Part shown: positions 12,896-20,789 of the stretch, piece by piece
How positions within the stretch are numbered: the stretch's first letter is position 1
Layout: each line of letters opens with the position of its first letter
Virus record (IMG/VR): IMGVR_UViG_3300002091_000847
Coordinates: 1-31,155 of that record
Length of the DNA stretch: 31,155 bases
Direction: 5' to 3' (one strand)
From: a virus
Lineage: Duplodnaviria > Caudoviricetes
Position numbers and translations under genes: made by a program
Notes under the pieces: model-generated
Seen by the model: only the letters and a program-made list of their open reading frames with translations
Database searches by the model: none
What the model was told of the DNA's origin: nothing

Positions 12896-13759
12896 TTATA
12901 CCTCTATGATTAGATTGGGATCGAACCCTACACCCGCAGTATACTCTCCAGGATATCCGTGCGGATTACAGATAACCCTTGTTTCACCGATCATATAGTC
13001 GAACGCATCGTGTACGTGACCATGTATCCATAACTTGATGTTAGGATGATCTAACATGATGTGATCTAAACTAGTGTAGAAAGCATGGTTCATCATGCCC
13101 TGGTTTTGATAGCGAGGGTGGATGCTGTTCCGACTAGGTGCGTGATGCCCTAACACAACCACAGGTCCGTCATAGTCCGTTAATCCTCTATTGATACAGT
13201 CAACGGCACGATAGTGTGCTTCAACTGTGTCGATGGGACGCAGTTTATGATAGACCCCGCTGTTGTTAATCGTAATAGCCTTGTAATCATTCATCATGTC
13301 CTTCATGCTAACCACGGTTAAGGGATCAGCCTTGTTGAGGTCAGTCCATAGGCTAGTACCAATGAAACGGATACCCTGGATGTTCATCCATGTATCGTCC
13401 ATGATGAAGATGTTGCTATAGGGTTCTAATGCTGTGCGGAGTCTGGCTACAGTATCATTCCACCGCCCACTGTAATGCTCGTGGTTGCCCACGACATAGA
13501 GAACTGTGTCGAACTGCTTGCTGACGTGTTCAAAGAAGCGGAGATAGTTCTCAGCATCCTTAGCATAAAAGCCGTTGTTCGGCATACCCTTAGTATCTAC
13601 TACGGTACCATCTTCTTTCGTGATATAGCGAGGATTACGATAGAGATGCTCGGCTAAGCAGATATCACCAGCGAGCAGTAGGATGTCCGCACCGGCGTTA
13701 TTGATCTCGATATACTTGTTAAACTCTAGATGTAGATCACTTACTATTTGTAATTTCAT
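12896..13759 (-). CDS. Calcineurin-like metallophosphoesterase
   Basis: Motifs SDLH, AGD, GNHEHY, HHAP and WIHGHVH. Confidence 0.9.
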   Translation of the reverse strand: MKLQIVSDLHLEFNKYIEINNAGADILLLAGDICLAEHLYRNPRYITKEDGTVVDTKGMPNNGFYAKDAENYLRFFEHVSKQFDTVLYVVGNHEHYSGRWNDTVARLRTALEPYSNIFIMDDTWMNIQGIRFIGTSLWTDLNKADPLTVVSMKDMMNDYKAITINNSGVYHKLRPIDTVEAHYRAVDCINRGLTDYDGPVVVLGHHAPSRNSIHPRYQNQGMMNHAFYTSLDHIMLDHPNIKLWIHGHVHDAFDYMIGETRVICNPHGYPGEYTAGVGFDPNLIIEV

Positions 13760-13958
13760 CGTGCTTCTCGTTATGTAAGAACCAAAGATTTGCTGCTAAA
13801 CAGCCAAAAGCGACCCCTGTCATGAAGAAGTAAAAGTAATCAACATAGCGGAGATTGAGCAGTGTTAGCACTGATACTGTTATAGCCAAAGGCCAAGTCC
13901 AAGGCGGGCAACCTTGAGCAAACCATTTGTCGTAGAATCTTTTCATTGTTGAGTTCAT
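13737..13958 (-). CDS. Small membrane protein
   Basis: Two hydrophobic segments; TGATG overlap with the upstream gene. Confidence 0.6.
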   Translation of the reverse strand: MNSTMKRFYDKWFAQGCPPWTWPLAITVSVLTLLNLRYVDYFYFFMTGVAFGCLAANLWFLHNEKHDEITNSK

Positions 13959-14395
13959 CAGAAATCTCCTGGTGCTACCTGTACGACCCGAACGCCTTGT
14001 TCTCGGATAGCATCCACAACTTGTTGTCTATCATCGATCCACAGGAAAGGTTCTCCATGCTTTTCACGGATCTGTTTCAGCAGTTCGACTTTAACAATGC
14101 TGTCTTGTCTGTAGTCGCCCTTCGCCCTCATATACAGTCCTTCGTAGGTAAATTTGTTATCAGCCAGCCACTGTTCGGTGATCTCACGATTTTCTTCACC
14201 TCGGCCACTACAGAACACTAGATCGGAATACATGCTCAGATTAGTGACCATCCATTGAATATCCGCATAGACGGTATCCTGTGCCATACCTGCGTTAAAG
14301 GCTTTCCAGTTCTTGGGCTTAGTGGCCACATACTGGCGACGATGCTCGATATTAGCAACAGTTCCGTCAATATCACATACTATTGTTTTCATCAT
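13958..14395 (-). CDS. HAD-family phosphatase resembling the 3'-phosphatase domain of T4 PNKP
   Basis: CDIDGT, SGR, LYMR..GDYR.D..VK, DDRQQVVD..R..G..V.QVA.GDF. Confidence 0.85.
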   Translation of the reverse strand: MMKTIVCDIDGTVANIEHRRQYVATKPKNWKAFNAGMAQDTVYADIQWMVTNLSMYSDLVFCSGRGEENREITEQWLADNKFTYEGLYMRAKGDYRQDSIVKVELLKQIREKHGEPFLWIDDRQQVVDAIREQGVRVVQVAPGDF

Positions 14396-14400
14396 ACCGT

Positions 14401-14428
14401 ATTATAACAGATTAAGAGATAGTGTCAA
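14401..14428 (-). promoter_or_regulatory. Sigma70-type promoter, probably producing a leaderless mRNA
   Basis: TTGACA-N16-TATAAT, then 5 nt to ATG 14395. Confidence 0.75.
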
Positions 14429-14431
14429 GTA

Positions 14432-15031
14432 TTAAAGATAGCCAAATATTTCTAATAGTTCTGCGCCGCCGGAGTAGATATAATAGCAACCAACTAGCAC
14501 CAATGCTGGTCCTAGATAGCGGAACACTATCTTGTTGGTTATATGCTCTCCAATGTTATTACTGATCTTTAATAGACCTAGCATAATCACTATGCCTAAT
14601 CCGATGCCTATGATAGTTCCATTTGAATCTATAGCTGCATTGCTTCTTAGGAACACTGTGCTTTCGATTGCTTCTCTTAATACGATAAGGAAAACTGTGA
14701 TGTTAGTAGATAAGAAACTAGCTGTATCGAGCTGTTCGACGTGTTCTCGGGCATGTTCGAATATAGCACGACTATTAACGAACACGTAGATTAACACTGC
14801 TCCTGCGATGATCTTTAATATGTTTTCTATATTTTCTACGTATTCGGCTAGCACTGCAACTAACTGCCAACCTATTATCATAGTCATTATCCAAGTAGTA
14901 AAGAACGTCATGTAGTAGATCGGCTTGTACTCTTTAGGTAATGCTGTGGTTATCATTGCGGTTAGGAGCAGACTTTCAAAGCCTTCTCTCGCTACTATTA
15001 GTGCTGTACTGGCTATGGTCTGTGTTATCAT
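14432..15031 (-). CDS. FTR1/EfeU-like iron permease
   Basis: Multi-pass membrane protein with two RExxE motifs (REGFE, REAIE). TAAATA lies 5 nt before the ATG. Confidence 0.75.
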   Translation of the reverse strand: MITQTIASTALIVAREGFESLLLTAMITTALPKEYKPIYYMTFFTTWIMTMIIGWQLVAVLAEYVENIENILKIIAGAVLIYVFVNSRAIFEHAREHVEQLDTASFLSTNITVFLIVLREAIESTVFLRSNAAIDSNGTIIGIGLGIVIMLGLLKISNNIGEHITNKIVFRYLGPALVLVGCYYIYSGGAELLEIFGYL

Positions 15032-15046
15032 AGTCTTATTTAGTCC

Positions 15047-15355
15047 CTATTTTATGACTGCATCGATTTTAAATCGTACGGTATTTCTGCTATTAATGTA
15101 AGGTACTTCGGCAGTTGGTGCTCCACTCAACGATAATAAAGCATCAATTTCATTGAAAAAATCGTTAATATTTTTGCGATCATGAGCACCAACAAAGTAT
15201 TCAATCCTACGCACATCCTTACCATAATTCCACACTGCTTGGCTGTAAGGACTATATTCACGTGTTTTACTAGTTTTAATCTCTATGTCGTGCCTCTTCG
15301 AAGCAGTCTTAACGATGCTACGGATACGTTTGGTTGTGAGTAATCTGTTGCTCAT
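15047..15355 (-). CDS. Hypothetical basic protein
   Basis: Preceded by TTGACA-N18-TAAGTT (15362-15391). Confidence 0.6.
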   Translation of the reverse strand: MSNRLLTTKRIRSIVKTASKRHDIEIKTSKTREYSPYSQAVWNYGKDVRRIEYFVGAHDRKNINDFFNEIDALLSLSGAPTAEVPYINSRNTVRFKIDAVIK

Positions 15356-15361
15356 TTTATT

Positions 15362-15402
15362 AACTTAGCACATACGGTCTAGATCTGTCAAGCAGATAAA
15401 TA
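15362..15402. promoter_or_regulatory. Divergent promoter pair: sigma70-type (minus) and TAAATA late-type (plus)
   Basis: Minus: TTGACA(15391-15386)-N18-TAAGTT. Plus: TAAATA 15397-15402, 5 nt before ATG 15408. Confidence 0.55.
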
Positions 15403-15407
15403 TAATC

Positions 15408-16682
15408 ATGACACGACAGAACATTAATATTGGTAGCGGTGAATTAGCGGGTGACGGCGAAAGTATCCGTACAGCTTTTGATAAAACTAACCAGAATTTC
15501 GCAGAAGTATATACCAATGTTGGTAATTTAACAACATCAACCCCCAGGATGGCGGTAACAGATGTTGGCCCAACTGGTCCTGCTGTTAAAACAGGTGATC
15601 TATGGTATGATGAAGTCAGCGGTAGAACTTATGTTTATTACGATAGCACCTGGGCAGATGCTAGTCCTGGAGTACTAGGACCAACTGGTCCAAGTGGTCC
15701 AAGTGCTGATGTTCCTGCTGTTAACTATCGCATCTATGTTAACCCATTCATGCCCGGCGACTATACCGCAACAGGTAGTGTTATCAAACCTTTTAGAACT
15801 ATAGCCGCAGCATTGAGTCTCGCAAATAGTCTAATAAACAGTTCAACTATACAGCCTAATCTATTCACACCCGTGTTTATCGTACTACAGGGTTCAATAA
15901 CTGAAAGTATAACATTAACCCGTGGACATGTATTCCTAGTAGGCGACGGTAGTAGTATACATGCTCCTATCTACCTAACAGGCACAGTCACCGTTGATGC
16001 TTCAACATACGAACAAGGGTTTGATGATAACCATTTCAGTATACAGGGTATAACCGTCGTAGCACCCCTTAACGGTGTTGGTATACATTTTACCGGAGAT
16101 GTTGAACAGCAACTATATCTACAGGATGTAGGACTATATGCTAGTGGTACTAGCGGTACTGGACTATTAATGGATAACAGTTCGGGTGATCCAAAGTTTA
16201 ATCTAGTACATGGTAATAGTATCAAGATAACACACATCGGTTCGGGTGATGTTTACTGTATAGAGGTTTTACACGGACAAGCAGAGTTCTGGGAAGTCGA
16301 TACTTCAACTACAGGTGCCGAACAGGTTGCTGCGGTCGGCTCTGGCGCTAGCCTAACATTCCATTACAGCCTATTAGAAGCCAGTGGTGAAGTTTGTGTA
16401 GAAGCATATGGTACAGGATCATTGAGCCTGTTTAATTGCTTAATTCAGAATCTAGGTGGCGGTGACAGTTATGGTATATGGCTACACAACAACACATCAA
16501 CCGCTCTAGTATCTAATTGTTATTTTAACGTACAGGGCGGTACACAGAATTCTCGTGCGGTACACGGAATCAGTGGATCCACTCTCTATTACAGTGGTAT
16601 ATCATTTGCACCATCTAGTAATAGAAGGATAGATAGTGCTTTAACAGCACAACCACTACTTACTAGTTTCTCCGCAGTTTAA
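15408..16682 (+). CDS. Virion fibre/tailspike-like protein: gp9/gp10-like N-terminus plus probable beta-helix domain
   Basis: N-terminal QNINIG...DGESIRTAFDKTNQNFAEVY resembles the T4 gp9/gp10 baseplate N-terminal motif. Contains GDLWYD..SGRTYVYYD..W.DASP, G...KPFRTIAAAL and a pectin-lyase-like beta-rich C-terminus. Confidence 0.7.
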   Translation: MTRQNINIGSGELAGDGESIRTAFDKTNQNFAEVYTNVGNLTTSTPRMAVTDVGPTGPAVKTGDLWYDEVSGRTYVYYDSTWADASPGVLGPTGPSGPSADVPAVNYRIYVNPFMPGDYTATGSVIKPFRTIAAALSLANSLINSSTIQPNLFTPVFIVLQGSITESITLTRGHVFLVGDGSSIHAPIYLTGTVTVDASTYEQGFDDNHFSIQGITVVAPLNGVGIHFTGDVEQQLYLQDVGLYASGTSGTGLLMDNSSGDPKFNLVHGNSIKITHIGSGDVYCIEVLHGQAEFWEVDTSTTGAEQVAAVGSGASLTFHYSLLEASGEVCVEAYGTGSLSLFNCLIQNLGGGDSYGIWLHNNTSTALVSNCYFNVQGGTQNSRAVHGISGSTLYYSGISFAPSSNRRIDSALTAQPLLTSFSAV

Positions 16683-17902
16683 CTATCTCTTTCAAAACTG
16701 TAGTTCCACTTAGCACCGCCCCACATCTCACGGACTGAGTCCACCTTAGTCTGTGTACCGCAGTTCTTCTTGATGTGGTTGATGATCAACTCACGACCGT
16801 CTTTGCCGTCAAAACGTCCGAAAACGAACTGAGGTAAGAACGAACCCTTTGGGATAGAAGGCATCATGCTTTGAGCAAACTGCTTGCGATCTGCACCAGT
16901 TGCTAACACAGTCTGGAAGTATTCCTCATACCAGTTGACTATGCCGTTGATGCCCTTCCAGAAGTCAGTTTCAAATGCTTCTACACGACGCAGATCTTCA
17001 TCCAGCATGTAGGGCTTAGTGTCATCCAACTTCTCGTTGATCATCAGTTCGATCAAGTTCTTCTCCCACAGCAGGTTGTCCTTGGTCTTGTGGATACGAA
17101 CATACCAATCACCCTTGATCTTGAGCATATGCCCGTCGTCGAAGCGGATGATCCAACCTTCAGCATCAGCCATAGCACGAGTCTCAGCGATCAAGTGCTC
17201 CATGTTCTCAGTAGTGCCAGCATAAATCTTTACAAGATCTATGTTATAATTAACAGAAAACCCAGCAAGGTCCTGGTAAGCACTAAAATATGGAACGTAT
17301 TCTCCAGTAACATTATTGCGAATTGCAATCAATACCAGTCGATCTTCAGGATAGTCGATCACAATACGCTGCTTACGGCTACACCACTCGAAGATAGGAG
17401 TAAATCCCTGCTCCATTATTACCTCAGCAAACTCTGCATAGTTAGGATGATGAGCAACAAACTCCTCAGCCTGCATGGATACCTCAGTGATACCCATCTT
17501 GGTTCCCCAACGGATACCAGCCGCAGTAAACACAGGAGTGATCATGCTGCCGTCTAACTTCTCCAAGATCACATGAGGTTGCCCCAAGTCGATCTTGTGA
17601 GCAAGAGTCTCGTCACGCTCGTTGACGTTGAAGAACTTGTGTAAACGACGGCTCATGATGCGTCCGTCAGGATAGAACAGTAAGCCACGGCACTCGCGAC
17701 GGATTGCTTTGATACGATCTGCTTCTTCACGCATCTTAGCACTTCCGCCTGTAGTACGAACTTCAGGGAAAGTGTCTGCCATAGATACCATGTAGTTGAC
17801 CACAGTACCCCACTCGCGATTAGCCACGATGAACTCGTCACGGCCCTCGATAGCAGGCAGCACATCAGCCAAGCACTCTATTCGTGGAAATTCATAGTCC
17901 AT
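16679..17902 (-). CDS. rnl1: T4 RNA ligase 1 family
   Basis: RECRGLLF, KFFNVNE, motif I EKLDGS, FEW, EGWII and KIK..WY. Confidence 0.9.
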   Translation of the reverse strand: MDYEFPRIECLADVLPAIEGRDEFIVANREWGTVVNYMVSMADTFPEVRTTGGSAKMREEADRIKAIRRECRGLLFYPDGRIMSRRLHKFFNVNERDETLAHKIDLGQPHVILEKLDGSMITPVFTAAGIRWGTKMGITEVSMQAEEFVAHHPNYAEFAEVIMEQGFTPIFEWCSRKQRIVIDYPEDRLVLIAIRNNVTGEYVPYFSAYQDLAGFSVNYNIDLVKIYAGTTENMEHLIAETRAMADAEGWIIRFDDGHMLKIKGDWYVRIHKTKDNLLWEKNLIELMINEKLDDTKPYMLDEDLRRVEAFETDFWKGINGIVNWYEEYFQTVLATGADRKQFAQSMMPSIPKGSFLPQFVFGRFDGKDGRELIINHIKKNCGTQTKVDSVREMWGGAKWNYSFERDS

Positions 17903-17925
17903 AGCACTCTCCTGTTTATTATGTT

Positions 17926-17953
17926 ATTATAACAGAGATCTAACTATTGTCAA
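17926..17953 (-). promoter_or_regulatory. Sigma70-type promoter of the RNA ligase gene
   Basis: TTGACA-N16-TATAAT with extended TG; AGGAG SD before ATG 17902. Confidence 0.8.
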
Positions 17954-18405
17954 GCGGTTATGATCTCGTGGAAGCCTTCTTCTTCAGTTGGCAGTTTCAT
18001 GCTGTCACGCATCCCCATAAGGATATGCTGTGGGATGCTCTTGCCAGGACGATCTAATCGACGCTGCCATTCTGCTTCATCTGGTGTAGGAAACACCACA
18101 GCGATACGCTCATAGTGATCAGGCACCATATCCAGTTTAGACTTACGGCTCTTTGGAGTTAGATTAGTCTGATCCCAGATCACATCTTCATCTGTCGCGA
18201 AGGCATGCTTTGCTCTAGTGTTGGCCATATCTGTAGCGAATTTGATGTTCTCTTTGAAAGCATCATTGTAGGTACGACCCGATGCTGCTGCGGTCTGCTC
18301 GATGATATCATCTGTGCTAATAACGGCAGCAGTACCTTCGTATTGTGCTCGCCAGGTGCTCTTACCGCTCGCTGGAACACCGATCAACATATATAACTTT
18401 GGCAT
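17950..18405 (-). CDS. P-loop kinase (AAA_33 / polynucleotide-kinase-like)
   Basis: Walker A GVPASGKST; ISTDD; IWDQTNL...R; R...R.GK.IP; P...EGF. Confidence 0.85.
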   Translation of the reverse strand: MPKLYMLIGVPASGKSTWRAQYEGTAAVISTDDIIEQTAAASGRTYNDAFKENIKFATDMANTRAKHAFATDEDVIWDQTNLTPKSRKSKLDMVPDHYERIAVVFPTPDEAEWQRRLDRPGKSIPQHILMGMRDSMKLPTEEEGFHEIITA

Positions 18406-18423
18406 GATTCTCTCCTATAGTGT

Positions 18424-18451
18424 ATTATACGATCTATAGGCTATATGTCAA
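18424..18451 (-). promoter_or_regulatory. Sigma70-type promoter
   Basis: TTGACA-N16-TATAAT; AGGAG SD before ATG 18405. Confidence 0.8.
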
Positions 18452-19452
18452 TGGCTAATTTCTGTTAGGTTGTTTAGGAACGTTTGAGTACATTCAGCCC
18501 AGTCATAGCGTTTGCTATCTTCTCGTACTTTGTTTCTATCACAGAGCAATGCCTGTTCTGTAGCATAGGCAAGATCGTCATTCGTGAATCCATTAACACC
18601 ATTGACAACGACATCACGTGGGCCAGTCACTGGATACGCTGCTACTGGAGTGCCACTGGCTATGGCTTCTAACATGACTACGCCGAACGTATCTGTCTTG
18701 CTGGGAAACACGAATACATCAGCAGCCGCATAGAAGTTGGCCAACTCTTCTCCCTGTTTGAATCCGATATATATCACGTTAGGATAACGACTCTTAAGTT
18801 CCGTAAGCATCGGTCCATCACCGACAAGTATCTTAGTACCGCGTACCTTTAGTTCGCAGAAGTCCTCTAGTCCTTTTTCTTTGCTCGCTCGGCTAACACA
18901 GAGTATGATAGGACCTTGATAACTTAAACGCTTACGCTTATCGGGATTAAACAGTTCTCTGTCTACTCCCCTGTTCCATACTGCTAAGTTTTTGAAACCT
19001 CTTTCAGTTAGATCATCTGCCATATCTTGATTAGTGACTAACACACGAGTGCTGAACTTATGGAATAAACGCATGGCCCAATAGCCCACGGTTAATGGAA
19101 TATTATAGTGTTGATATAGATATTCTGGGAACTTAGTGTGATAGGAAGTGTTATGTGGTATGCTGCGTTTATCTACTTTACAATACCAACGTGCTGCTAA
19201 TCCAAGTGGGCCTTCTGTGGCGATATGTATAGCATCAGGTTGGAACTGTTCTATCATCTTGCCTACACGCCATATGTCCCAACTGAGTCGCACTTCTTTG
19301 TATCCTGGTGCTCCAATGGTCCTAAACTGACTTGGTTCGATAACCTGTACAGTATGTCCCCGGGATCTCAATATATCTACTGTGTTTGTTAGTGTAGTGA
19401 CTACGCCATTTATGCTAGGTAGCCAAGTATCTGTTACAAGACTAATTTTCAT
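18448..19452 (-). CDS. agt: GT4 glycosyltransferase, Agt-like (monoglucosyl/glucuronosyl-diacylglycerol synthase)
   Basis: VTDTW.P..NGVV, IHIATEGPLG, TSYHTKFPEY, W.RGVD..LF.P, ADVFVFPSKTDTFG.V.LEA.ASG.PVAAYPVTGP. Matches the Agrobacterium Agt (Atu2297) type usually found beside plcP. GT4 is confident; the Agt specificity is inferred. Confidence 0.8.
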   Translation of the reverse strand: MKISLVTDTWLPSINGVVTTLTNTVDILRSRGHTVQVIEPSQFRTIGAPGYKEVRLSWDIWRVGKMIEQFQPDAIHIATEGPLGLAARWYCKVDKRSIPHNTSYHTKFPEYLYQHYNIPLTVGYWAMRLFHKFSTRVLVTNQDMADDLTERGFKNLAVWNRGVDRELFNPDKRKRLSYQGPIILCVSRASKEKGLEDFCELKVRGTKILVGDGPMLTELKSRYPNVIYIGFKQGEELANFYAAADVFVFPSKTDTFGVVMLEAIASGTPVAAYPVTGPRDVVVNGVNGFTNDDLAYATEQALLCDRNKVREDSKRYDWAECTQTFLNNLTEISH

Positions 19453-19619
19453 CGCTTTTCACACTTTCCAATTACTTTGAAACTATCAAATTTTAACCAA
19501 TAGGTCATAGTCTTCAATGATGTCTTACAGGCTTCTTCGGTAGGAAATTCTAGTGTAACTCTACCTGGTATGTCTTGCGGATCATTGATCTTTATCGCTA
19601 ACAGGACCAGCAGCCACAT
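19449..19619 (-). CDS. Small 56-aa protein missed by the ORF track
   Basis: MWLLVLLAIKINDPQDIPGRVTLEFPTEEACKTSLKTMTYWLKFDSFKVIGKCEKR. Its TGA overlaps the agt ATG (ATGA), it fills the plcP-agt gap, and GGAG lies upstream. Confidence 0.65.
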   Translation of the reverse strand: MWLLVLLAIKINDPQDIPGRVTLEFPTEEACKTSLKTMTYWLKFDSFKVIGKCEKR

Positions 19620-20361
19620 TGCTTTCCGTCTCCGCCCAACGTATGATACGCCATTCGCCTTCTAGTGTTTCCACTAGAGCCGTACAACTCTCGACCCAAT
19701 CGCCACAGTTCATATAGGCGATACCATTGAAATTGGTTATGTTGGCACTGTGTATATGTCCACAGATTATACCATCGACTTCCTGTGTACGAGCATAATT
19801 CGCTAGGGTAGTTTCGTATTCGCCTATAAAGTTAACTGCGGATTTAACACGCTGTTTAGCCCAAGCACTGAGACTCCAATAGGGTCTACGTAATAGTCTA
19901 CGGAACCAATTAACTATGCCGTTAGCACTGATCGCTAGATCGTACGCCCCACTGCCGAGGTGTGCTAGCCATTTGGCTTTGCGTATCACTACATCGAACT
20001 GATCGCCATGTATGACTAATATAGGATTACCTTTGGAATCTATGTATGTATATTGATCAACTAGTATTATATTACCGAAGAATTGATCTGTGAAGTTACG
20101 CATTATCTCATCGTGGTTGCCAGGTATATAGACTATCTCAGTCCCTTTGCGTCCTTTACGTAATATCTTCTGTATCACATCATTGTGGCTCTGTGGCCAA
20201 TATAAGTTCTTAGTCATGTACCAGCAGTCTACTATATCACCTACTAGGTATAGGTGTTCGCTTTCTGTATCTCTTAAAAATTCTAGTAGTTTGTCGGCTT
20301 GGCAACTCTTAGTGCCGAGGTGTACATCGCTGATAAAGATTGAACGATAGTTTGTTGTCAT
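19582..20361 (-). CDS. plcP: PlcP-type phospholipase C (LpxH-like metallophosphoesterase)
   Basis: YRSIFISDVHLG, LVGDIVD.W, YWPQSHNDVIQK.LRK.RKGT, GNHDE, HGDQFD, YWSLSAWAK..VK.AVNFI, GIICGHIH, YMNCGDWVESCTALVE. Matches SMc00171/PlcP as I recall it, and sits next to agt. Confidence 0.85.
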   Translation of the reverse strand: MTTNYRSIFISDVHLGTKSCQADKLLEFLRDTESEHLYLVGDIVDCWYMTKNLYWPQSHNDVIQKILRKGRKGTEIVYIPGNHDEIMRNFTDQFFGNIILVDQYTYIDSKGNPILVIHGDQFDVVIRKAKWLAHLGSGAYDLAISANGIVNWFRRLLRRPYWSLSAWAKQRVKSAVNFIGEYETTLANYARTQEVDGIICGHIHSANITNFNGIAYMNCGDWVESCTALVETLEGEWRIIRWAETESNVAAGPVSDKDQ

Positions 20362-20387
20362 CTCGTGTATTTACCGTGTTCATAAGG

Positions 20388-20410
20388 AGAGAGCGAATTG
20401 ATCGCTCTCT
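20388..20410. terminator. Intergenic hairpin (possible terminator or processing site)
   Basis: AGAGAGCGA-attga-TCGCTCTCT, a 9-bp stem between the acidic-protein gene and plcP; U-tract is weak. Confidence 0.45.
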
Positions 20411-20426
20411 TTAGTTCTTTTTATGA

Positions 20427-20702
20427 TTAGTGATGATCGTCTTCTGATTCTTCTTCGTGTACGACATCTACTGAATCTTCTTCAATTTCGTCGTCTTCGA
20501 ATTCTTCTTCCATATCTTCTAGGACTTCGTCTGAATCTTCTTCTTCTGATTCATCTTCGTCCTCGAGATCTTCTTCTTCAGAATCTTCTTCGATTACTTC
20601 TTCGTCACTATTTACGAGATCATCGTAAATTTCTTCCACAGAATCAATGATTTTATCAAAGAATGACTCGTCTTTTTCGTTCTCGTTGTTATCCATTACC
20701 AT
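20427..20702 (-). CDS. Highly acidic low-complexity protein (about 91 aa)
   Basis: Start moved to ATG 20702 (GGAGG upstream). More than half of the residues are D/E. Confidence 0.7.
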   Translation of the reverse strand: MVMDNNENEKDESFFDKIIDSVEEIYDDLVNSDEEVIEEDSEEEDLEDEDESEEEDSDEVLEDMEEEFEDDEIEEDSVDVVHEEESEDDHH

Positions 20703-20717
20703 TTTGACAGCCTCCAT

Positions 20718-20743
20718 AAAAAGAGTGGCAACCTAGTTGCCAC
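20718..20743 (-). terminator. Intrinsic terminator-like hairpin downstream of pstS
   Basis: GTGGCAAC-TAG-GTTGCCAC followed by TCTTTTT on the minus strand. Confidence 0.55.
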
Positions 20744-20763
20744 AATTATTTAAGTTCTGTACG

Positions 20764-20781
20764 ATGACACTATGATGACAA
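20764..20781 (-). promoter_or_regulatory. Pho box (PhoB binding site)
   Basis: TTGTCAT-CATA-GTGTCAT, two half-sites 11 bp apart, fitting CTGTCAT-N4-CTGTCAY; 11 nt upstream of TAAATA. Confidence 0.75.
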
Positions 20782-20789
20782 ATAGCAAT

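Noticed and set aside
19582-20361. Lipid A enzyme LpxH
   Set aside because: The motif set (WPQSHNDVIQK, YWSLS, GDWVESC), the adjacent Agt-like GT4 and the Pho boxes fit PlcP better.
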